Below, piece by piece: positions 57,466-64,000 of a stretch of DNA of 64,000 nucleotides (its first letter is position 1; each line of letters opens with the position of its first letter). A program made the position numbers and the translations under genes. The notes beneath the pieces were generated by a model, which was given only the letters and a program-made list of their open reading frames with translations, made no database searches and had not been told where the DNA came from. The DNA comes from a virus (lineage: Duplodnaviria > Caudoviricetes), in the IMG/VR virus record IMGVR_UViG_3300045837_000213, positions 29,432-93,431 of that record, one strand, 5' to 3'.

Positions 57466-58396
57466 GCTTGAGTCCTATCAGCATCGGCTCTATCCAGATC
57501 GTCTTATGCCGCGTTCGGCCCGCGCCCACGGCCTGCCGGCGGAAGTGCCCGCGCCGCCAATGGGGCCGCGGGCTGGCGTGCGTGCCGCCCTGCGCGGTGG
57601 CTTCGGCGCGCGCGATGCGGTAGTCGCGCCCGACGACGTTGGGCGTCCACAACTCGACGCCGCTCTTCTTGTGCGTGCCGTCGCGCGCCCCGCGCGCGAG
57701 CAGTGCCGGCCTCGCCTCAAGCCCTAGCAACACGCGGAACACAACTCCGCTCAGGTCGCGCAGGAACTCGCCCTCGGAGGCGGCGAGCGGCAGGTCGAAG
57801 ACCCCGCTGCGCGTGTGTGTGCCCAGGAGCAACTCGTCCGTGGCGACGTAAGGCGCGGTCGCGGCGTTAAGCACGCGGTCGAGCATCGGCATCGTCTCGG
57901 CCTCGTGGCAGGCCGTGAAGACGATGAACACGTCCCCGTCGAGCGCGACCTGCCCGCCGCCGGGAACCGAGAGGCGCTCGCCCGCCCTGACGCGGGCGTA
58001 CCCGGCGAAGGCAATCTCGCCGTCCGTGGGGTGGCGCATGAAGCCGCGCGGGAACATGAGGAGGGCCGCCTCGAAGGGCAAATGGATGTCCTGCCAGCGC
58101 GTCTCTGGCGGCGGCTCCGACTGTGCGAGAGCCGCGAGCAGCTCCGGCGCGAGGAAGAGCGCCGGCGTCTGGTAGCGCGCCAAGACGCACCCCGCGATGG
58201 CGATGTCTCGCGCCGTCGCCGCCGAGCTGCGGTAGCCCCGCTCGCGCACCATCATGGCCGCGCTTGTGAGCGCCGCGGCGGCCACTTTGGGGGAGCCCCA
58301 CGCTTCGGCGCGGCGGTACATGCGCGGGTAATAGAGCCGCCACAGTTCGTGCTCCAGCCGCGGCGCGCTCTCAACGATAGTTTGGTAGATGGTCAT
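57458..58396 (-). CDS. hypothetical passenger protein
   Basis: C-terminal SPRPHWRRGHFRRQ...IWIEP. Confidence 0.7.
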   Translation of the reverse strand: MTIYQTIVESAPRLEHELWRLYYPRMYRRAEAWGSPKVAAAALTSAAMMVRERGYRSSAATARDIAIAGCVLARYQTPALFLAPELLAALAQSEPPPETRWQDIHLPFEAALLMFPRGFMRHPTDGEIAFAGYARVRAGERLSVPGGGQVALDGDVFIVFTACHEAETMPMLDRVLNAATAPYVATDELLLGTHTRSGVFDLPLAASEGEFLRDLSGVVFRVLLGLEARPALLARGARDGTHKKSGVELWTPNVVGRDYRIARAEATAQGGTHASPRPHWRRGHFRRQAVGAGRTRHKTIWIEPMLIGLKHD

Positions 58397-58623
58397 TCAT
58401 CCTCCATCTGCCAATCGGCGCGCAGACGCCGAGCTATCTCACGCAGGTCGTTGCGGCCATCCTTCTCGGCTCGGCGCTCTACGGAGAGGACGAAGCTGAG
58501 GCGCATATTCGCCAGCATGTGCGGCGGGGGCGGACTCGCGCCGGCGCGCAGCACGGAAAGGAAATATCTCCACCATTCGCGGCGGCACTTCCACGCTTCC
58601 ATCCAAGTCTGTTGTGCGTACAT
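58393..58623 (-). CDS. hypothetical passenger protein
   Basis: ATGA coupling. Confidence 0.45.
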   Translation of the reverse strand: MYAQQTWMEAWKCRREWWRYFLSVLRAGASPPPPHMLANMRLSFVLSVERRAEKDGRNDLREIARRLRADWQMEDE

Positions 58624-58756
58624 GAGATTAAGGTTGGGCGCGCCCGCCCTCCCGTGGAAAGTAACGACCGCTTACGCGACCGGCGTCGCACGTCAGACGC
58701 TCATACGACCCTTGCGGGTCGGGCGGAGCCACAGGAGGACAAGGCGCATAAGAAGC

Positions 58757-59536
58757 TTACACCCCCTGACCGGCGGAGGCCAGCTCAACGGCCTCGTCAA
58801 TAAGAGACGGGTCGGGCGCGGGCCAGCCGTCGTCGTCAAAGGGATTACTCTCGCAGCCGTCGCTTTGGGTGTCGCACTCAAGTTCGCCTTCGGAGTCCAC
58901 GTCGAACATCGCCCCGGCGACCTTCTCTCCGAGCACGTAGGCGTCCACCGTGATGAGCGCGTGCCCCGCATTGACGCTCTCCGTCACTTCGTAGCGGTAC
59001 TCCGGTGCCACCTCGTCGGCGTACTTGCCCTCCTCGTACTCCACCGAGTTGAGCCCCTGCTCGCCGTTGGCGGGGTTCTGCGCCCACGTGTCGGTGACGC
59101 GCTCGGTGCCGCAGTAGATGCAGACCTCGTGGATACGGACGCCGCCGCCGTGCCCGAACACGCCGGGGTTCTCCTTGATGCCGCCGACCAGCTCAATCGG
59201 CGACTGCCAGTCATGGTCATCGCCGCGGGAGTCGGTGCAGGACGGCTCGTCCGGCTCAATCGTGATGGTGATGTACTCGCGGTCGGCCTCAATCCTGCCG
59301 GTGCCGTCGCACGAGACGCACTCCTTTTCCTCATCCGTCGCGTCGTCAGCGGCGTTTTCGTCTTCGCCGCTGCCCTCACACATGACGCAACGCGGAGTCA
59401 CGCATACGCTGACCCACGTCGTCTTCTCGCCCTCGCCCCAGTCGCCGCCGTCAACGTATTCCTGCGCCGCGTCCTGCGCGCTCTCGGCCTCGATCTCCAG
59501 TTCGGCGTTGCCGTCGTTGCAATAGTATGTGGTCAT
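58757..59536 (-). CDS. acidic Cys-rich passenger protein
   Basis: AAGGAG RBS; CVMCEGSG and CVSCDGTG (DnaJ-type zinc motifs). Confidence 0.7.
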   Translation of the reverse strand: MTTYYCNDGNAELEIEAESAQDAAQEYVDGGDWGEGEKTTWVSVCVTPRCVMCEGSGEDENAADDATDEEKECVSCDGTGRIEADREYITITIEPDEPSCTDSRGDDHDWQSPIELVGGIKENPGVFGHGGGVRIHEVCIYCGTERVTDTWAQNPANGEQGLNSVEYEEGKYADEVAPEYRYEVTESVNAGHALITVDAYVLGEKVAGAMFDVDSEGELECDTQSDGCESNPFDDDGWPAPDPSLIDEAVELASAGQGV

Positions 59537-59620
59537 TGTCTCCGCTCCTTCTGTGGGGCCATAGCCCCTGTCGCCCCTTCGGATCGCCGTCGCCCGGCCT
59601 CGCTTAATTGCGATGGACTA

Positions 59621-59648
59621 ATTATACAGATTTCCCGGAGCGTGTCAA
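59621..59648 (-). promoter_or_regulatory. consensus sigma70 promoter driving cargo and transposase
   Basis: TTGACA-16-TATAAT on the minus strand. Confidence 0.7.
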
Positions 59649-59723
59649 CACTTATTTTGAATTTTTCTTATGACTGTACAAAGCGGAATTTAGAGGATGG
59701 TCAACAGGGATTTTGAAATAGCC

Positions 59724-60027
59724 CAACTACTTCGGCACGGGTGGAGTTACCAACGCCTTTACCGAGTGCCTGAACGGACTCATTAAACTGACGAACAAAC
59801 TCGGTCGCGGCTACTCCTTCGACGTGATCCGCGCCAAGGCCCTCCACACGCGCCGCCTGCACAAGACGCGCAAGCCACGCTACCAGCGCGACGGCTGGCC
59901 CTCTAGTACCTCGCTTGAGATGCTTCCTCCTCATACGCTCAACTTCGGGACCGACATATCAACACTGACCACCGAACTTGAGGAAGGGCGCTTTTAGCTG
60001 CCCTTCAACACTATTTTTGAAATAGCC
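59724..60027 (+). pseudogene. inverted 304-bp copy of the ISL3 transposase 3' end and IR
   Basis: Reverse complement of 56128-56431. Confidence 0.9.
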
Positions 60028-60138
60028 AAAATTAGGGACGACGCAGAACACGATTTTCCAGATGGGAGCTTGAGACGCTTCCAATCGAGAAACCGGCAAT
60101 GCTCGACTTGGCATTACAGGCGTTGGAGGCACGGCAGA

Positions 60139-60567
60139 ATGGGACTCAAACCAAAAAGCGGCGCACATAGTGTCCACGCTCTGGCGTACCATCTCGTCTG
60201 GTGCGTGAAGTATCGCCACACGCTCCTGACCCGCGAGATTGGCGATAGGGCGAAAGAGATAATCTCCGAGATAGCGCAAGAAATTGATGCTGAGATTATC
60301 GAGATTGAAACGGACACAGACCACGTCCATGTGGTCGTGAGACTCAAGCCGACGCACACACTGTCGAGCGTATTCCATCGCTTCAAGGGCGGTTCGGCGC
60401 GCAGACTCTTTCAGGAATTTCCACACCTCCGCAGAAGACTTTGGGGCGGGCATCTGTGGAGTCCATCGAAGTACGCCGTCACGGTCGGCGGCGCGCCTAT
60501 CGAAGTGCTCAAGAAATATGTTCGCGAACAACGTGCTCAAATGGAAGACCTCCCAAGCGTCGAATGA
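60139..60567 (+). CDS. tnpA: IS200/IS605 HUH transposase
   Basis: YHLVWCVKYR, DHVHV, FKGGSAR, LWSPS, KYVREQ. Confidence 0.95.
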   Translation: MGLKPKSGAHSVHALAYHLVWCVKYRHTLLTREIGDRAKEIISEIAQEIDAEIIEIETDTDHVHVVVRLKPTHTLSSVFHRFKGGSARRLFQEFPHLRRRLWGGHLWSPSKYAVTVGGAPIEVLKKYVREQRAQMEDLPSVE

Positions 60568-60638
60568 TTCAAGTTATCGTTCAAGCCTCGCCCGCCTTCT
60601 GAGAAGCCCCGCCGCTTTCTTGGAAGGCGGGGAGAGCT

Positions 60639-60839
60639 TCACTTCCTGCCCTTCTTCGTGCTCTTGCGCGGCCTTCCCATCTGAGGCGGCTTAAACGTTT
60701 TCAGGTCTGATTCTGGAATAACCCAGTCTCGTCCGACCTGCTGGGCGTTAGGGAAACGCCCCTGCCTGCACCACAGCCTCACGGTCGAAACGTCCACGTT
60801 AAGGCGCGCGGCAACTTCCGAAGTCGAATGTAGCTTCAT
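60639..60839 (-). CDS. HTH DNA-binding protein (excisionase/MerR-like)
   Basis: STSEVAARLNVDVSTVRLWCRQGRFP...GRDWVI; GRP tail. Confidence 0.85.
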   Translation of the reverse strand: MKLHSTSEVAARLNVDVSTVRLWCRQGRFPNAQQVGRDWVIPESDLKTFKPPQMGRPRKSTKKGRK

Positions 60840-60847
60840 GGGAGTGA

Positions 60848-60938
60848 ATGCTAACCAGTCAGGAATGTTTTGTCAATAAAAAGTTTCTCGCATGCGCGAA
60901 ATTAGAGGTTGCACAAAGTTTCTCGCGTGCGTTATACT
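60848..60938. promoter_or_regulatory. divergent promoters with two 17-bp operator-like repeats
   Basis: - strand TTGACA-17-TAGCAT; + strand TTGCAC-18-TATACT; AAAGTTTCTCGCRTGCG at 60880 and 60915. Confidence 0.7.
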
Positions 60939-60982
60939 TCGCATTGTCAGTTGGTTATGCAAAACAAACAAGGAGCTACACG

Positions 60983-61600
60983 ATGAAAAAGACGGCGAAA
61001 GCGAACAAGACGACGGCGGCGGCGGAGAAGGCCGCGCGCGAGGCGCGCAACTCGGGCAAACCGGCGCGCAAATCAAAGGCGGCGCGCGAGGCCGCCGAGC
61101 AGGTCAGGGCGCTGACGGGCGCGAATGACGGCGCGGAGGCCGCCGGGGAAGGGCAGGCCGCGCAGGTTGAGTCGCGCGAGGCCGAGGTCGCGCGCGCGGC
61201 GGAGATGGGAGTCACCCTCGCCGAGAACGAATACCTGACGCGCCCCGAAAACCTGCCCGAAGGCGCGACGGTGAAGAAGGTCGTCCGGCGCGACGGCCAG
61301 AAGCTGCCGGAGCCGATCTACAAGGTCGAGTTTCCCGAGGCCGCGCGGCAGTCCGCGCCTGAGAAGCGCGCGCGCAAGGCCAAGCAGGACGCCTCGCCGC
61401 GCAAGGGCTGGGCGGAGCAGTCGGTCGAGGGCGAGCGCGCGCAGGCCGTCCTCAAGAAGCTCCAGAAGGGGACGCGCCAGAAGCCGGTCTTCGCGGCGAA
61501 GGAACTCAACGACCACGAGCGCCACCTCGCGCGCCGGCTCTTCGCGCACGGCCTCATCCGGCGGGACAAGTTCGAGCAGGGAATCGGCTACTTCGCGTGA
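60983..61600 (+). CDS. basic Ala/Lys-rich hypothetical protein
   Basis: AAGGAG RBS; first gene after the promoter. Confidence 0.7.
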   Translation: MKKTAKANKTTAAAEKAAREARNSGKPARKSKAAREAAEQVRALTGANDGAEAAGEGQAAQVESREAEVARAAEMGVTLAENEYLTRPENLPEGATVKKVVRRDGQKLPEPIYKVEFPEAARQSAPEKRARKAKQDASPRKGWAEQSVEGERAQAVLKKLQKGTRQKPVFAAKELNDHERHLARRLFAHGLIRRDKFEQGIGYFA

Positions 61601-61672
61601 GTGGCCGCCGGCGGCGCGGCGCCCTCTTTTGTTGCGCGCCGCGCCGCGTTATCTCAACCGTGGAGGTGAATC

Positions 61673-61876
61673 TTGGAAGTTGAGGATTACGTGGTGCTGC
61701 TGGCGACCGACCCGTCGAGCCTGAGCAGCCAGGTCAACAAACTCATCGCTCAGGGGCGCGATGACAAAGGACTCAGGTGGCAGCCGCAGGGCGGCGTCGC
61801 CATCAGCGAGATTCACGAGGAAGGGACGGGGGAGTCCACGCAGTGGGCGCAGGCGATGGTTAAACGCACCGAATAG
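61673..61876 (+). CDS. DUF1737-like protein
   Basis: Paralog of 15251-15427 (WQPQGGVA.SE.HEEGT....QWAQAMVK). Confidence 0.7.
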   Translation: MEVEDYVVLLATDPSSLSSQVNKLIAQGRDDKGLRWQPQGGVAISEIHEEGTGESTQWAQAMVKRTE

Positions 61877-61990
61877 CCATGCGCTCTGCAACACTCCCCC
61901 CGAAAGGGGCAAGATAGCACTCAGGCCGAATCGTTGGAGCGATTCGGCCTTCGAGTTTCAGGCTAATGGGTTAGCCGGAAAGTAACCACA

Positions 61991-62815
61991 ATGAGGAAAC
62001 ATTACCAGAAGAAGAGTAACGCGACAACAGCCGCGCAACCTGCTTGGGCCGACCTCCTCAAGGAGGCGGTCGAGAAGCCGGGCCGCATCCTCGAGGCTTA
62101 CAGCTACTTCCACAACTACAGCCTCGGCAACCAGCTCCTCGCGCTCCACCAGTGCGCGCTGCGCGGACTCAGGCCCGGCCCGGTCTCGACATATCAGGGC
62201 TGGCAGAGCCTCACGCGGCAGGTGCGAAAGGGCGAGCGCGCGATAGTGCTCTGCATGCCGGTCACACGCAAGGTAGGCGCCGAAGGCGTGGCTGAAGGCG
62301 CCGACGACGCCCGCGTCGTTATCAATTTCATCTACCGCCCCAACTGGTTCGTGCTCTGCCAGACCGACGGCGAGGAGCTTCCGCCGGCGGAGACGCCCCG
62401 GTGGGACAGGGCACGCGCCCTCCGGTCGCTCGGCGTCGAGGAGATTCCTTTCGACGAGACGAACGGCAACATTCAGGGCTACGCGCGCAAGCGGCAGATC
62501 TCCGTCTCGCCCATCGCGGCGCTTCCCCACAAGACGACCTTTCACGAACTGGCTCACGTCCTCCTCGGGCACACGGGCGACGCGTCCTTCGCCGACTCCG
62601 AGCACACGCCGCACAACCTGATGGAGGCGGAGGCCGAGGCGGTCGCGCTGCTCTGCTGCGAGAGCCTCGGCCTCGAGGGCGCGGAGTACGCGCGCGGCTA
62701 CATCCAGAACTGGCTCAAAGGCGACGTGATACCGGAGAAGAGCGCGCAGAAAATTTTTCGCGCCGCCGACTCTATCCTGAAAGCCGGCGCGTCGGGCGGG
62801 AAGGAGGTCGCATGA
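61991..62815 (+). CDS. ArdC-like ssDNA-binding antirestriction protein
   Basis: FHNYSLGNQLL, WQSLTRQVRKGERA, HELAH, EAEAVA, YIQNW. Confidence 0.8.
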   Translation: MRKHYQKKSNATTAAQPAWADLLKEAVEKPGRILEAYSYFHNYSLGNQLLALHQCALRGLRPGPVSTYQGWQSLTRQVRKGERAIVLCMPVTRKVGAEGVAEGADDARVVINFIYRPNWFVLCQTDGEELPPAETPRWDRARALRSLGVEEIPFDETNGNIQGYARKRQISVSPIAALPHKTTFHELAHVLLGHTGDASFADSEHTPHNLMEAEAEAVALLCCESLGLEGAEYARGYIQNWLKGDVIPEKSAQKIFRAADSILKAGASGGKEVA

Positions 62816-63429
62816 CCGTGAAGACACGAACGCGAAACAACGTCGCACTGACGACCGAGTTCGTCTATTACGACCGCGCGACTGGCCGACCACACTTCGG
62901 CCCCGGCTCTGTCAGGAAGTACACGGCGCAGGAGGCCGCGGCCATCGAGCGCAACTTCGCCGACACCGGCACAGGCTTGCGCGAAATCACCCCCTTCGAC
63001 CGCGTCATGCTTGCGCTCGGTCGGGCCGCTCTCGAAGACGCGGACATTCACCGCGTGACCTTCAAGGGGCGGCGCGGCTACCACGAACACCTGAACGGCC
63101 TCGAAGGATTCGTCGCCGTGCAGCGGGGCGGCGGCGGCCCTCAATGCTTCCGCGCCGACGGCTCGAAGATGTGCGTTGTGATCATTGAGGGCGAGTTGAA
63201 GTACTCCGTCATAGAGTCGCTTTGGCCGCGCGAGCGGAAGGCGCCGGACGGCGAAGAGGTTAAACCTCGGAAGCCGCGCGCCTCGAAGAAGGCCGTCAAG
63301 TTCAACACCAAACACAAGGCGGCCAAAGGCAGGCGCGCGACTAAGGGCGGTGAAGAGATAACACGCCAGCCGGACGCGTCTTCGGCGCTCAAGCGCAACG
63401 CCGAGGCGGGAAGGGGGTTGAAGCGATGA
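62812..63429 (+). CDS. hypothetical protein
   Basis: AGGAGG RBS; ATGA coupling. Confidence 0.6.
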   Translation: MTVKTRTRNNVALTTEFVYYDRATGRPHFGPGSVRKYTAQEAAAIERNFADTGTGLREITPFDRVMLALGRAALEDADIHRVTFKGRRGYHEHLNGLEGFVAVQRGGGGPQCFRADGSKMCVVIIEGELKYSVIESLWPRERKAPDGEEVKPRKPRASKKAVKFNTKHKAAKGRRATKGGEEITRQPDASSALKRNAEAGRGLKR

Positions 63430-63719
63430 ATCAGGCTCGCGTTTTCCCTGAGCAATTCTCGCCGGGCCGCATATCCATCACGCCCGGCGCGCGCGACGCG
63501 ATAGCCAAGTCCGGCGAAGACCCGCTCTCCTTCCTTGGGCGACACGTCACCGGCGACTGGGGCGACCTCTGCGACGAGGACAAGCGGCAGAACGACTTCT
63601 CGCTCGAGAACGGCTTCCGGCTTCTGAGCGCATACCACACACGCGCCGGCGTGAAGCTCTGGATTATCACCGAGCATGACAGGAGTACGACGACGATCCT
63701 TCTGCCCTCGGAGTATTAG
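63426..63719 (+). CDS. conserved plasmid/phage-type hypothetical protein
   Basis: RHVTGDWGDL...RLLSAY...WIITE.DRS.TTILLPSEY. Confidence 0.8.
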   Translation: MNQARVFPEQFSPGRISITPGARDAIAKSGEDPLSFLGRHVTGDWGDLCDEDKRQNDFSLENGFRLLSAYHTRAGVKLWIITEHDRSTTTILLPSEY

Positions 63720-63763
63720 CTGTCAGGTGTTAGCTGTCAGACGTCAGATGTCAGTTAAGAGAT

Positions 63764-63797
63764 GAAAGAGGCGGCCCCAATGGGGCCGCCTCTTTTC
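63764..63797. terminator. intrinsic terminator
   Basis: AAAGAGGCGGCCCCA/TGGGGCCGCCTCTTTT. Confidence 0.8.
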
Positions 63798-63880
63798 GTG
63801 AGCGGAGCCTTGACGTGGACAAAATAGCCCACCCCAATCGTGCAAGTTTTTTATCCGCGCAATATACGAAACCGGGTTCA

Positions 63881-63930
63881 TACCGGGGGCGGGACTCGAA
63901 CCCGCACGGCCCTCAGGGCCAACGGATTTT
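63881..63930 (-). tRNA. tRNA-Leu (NAA) 3' exon
   Basis: Reverse complement AAAATCCGTTGGCCCTGAGGGCCGTGCGGGTTCGAGTCCCGCCCCCGGTA: long variable arm, T-loop, discriminator A. Confidence 0.85.
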
Positions 63931-64000
63931 CTTACCACCACGGCTTTCGCCGCCCGCCGCGAACGGCGGTTTGTGGTCTGGACTATACCTTCACCTTTTT
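63931..64000 (-). ncRNA. group I intron 3' part, inserted in the tRNA-Leu anticodon
   Basis: S element GAAGGTATAGTCC, P9-like hairpins, terminal G at 63931. Confidence 0.8.

Larger units (their letters stand above)
56128..59723 (-). mobile_element. ISL3-family element with three passenger genes
   Basis: Terminal IRs GGCTATTTCAAAA(N5)TGTTGA at 56128-56150 and 59701-59723. Confidence 0.75.

Noticed and set aside
57815-59716. Long + strand ORFs (for example 633 aa here, 56221-57471, 42814-44220)
   Set aside because: Antisense shadows of real GC-rich genes; Arg/Ala-rich with no motifs.
56128-60027. Diversity-generating retroelement TR/VR pair
   Set aside because: No reverse transcriptase; differences are synonymous and not adenine-specific.

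Overview
GC-rich temperate siphovirus-like phage or prophage. A long minus-strand late region (about 3.7-47.6 kb) encodes lysis genes, a 7-deazaguanine cluster (ParB-like, DpdA/TGT-like, queD, glycosyltransferase, queE, folE), terminase, DUF4055 portal, P22-coat-like capsid and a GTA-like tail. To its right lie RecU, an HD-GYP protein, an ISL3 element with cargo, IS200 TnpA, an ArdC-like gene and, at the window edge, a tRNA-Leu 3' exon with a group I intron. The main finding is a cassette inserted in the tail operon (about 13.7-17.6 kb). It carries a stand-alone Cas7/RAMP-like gene, two HNH genes and four non-coding arrays of GGY-NN pentamers. Read as a gapped code (NN, skip one base), three arrays spell codon positions 1-2 of segments of this phage's tail-tip, tape-measure and RAMP genes. 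The resident copies mismatch mostly at synonymous Leu/Ser/Arg codons. This points to an RNA-guided, wobble-insensitive system aimed at related phages, with self-avoidance by recoding. All alignments were done by eye; family calls rest on recognised motifs and gene order, not on database searches.
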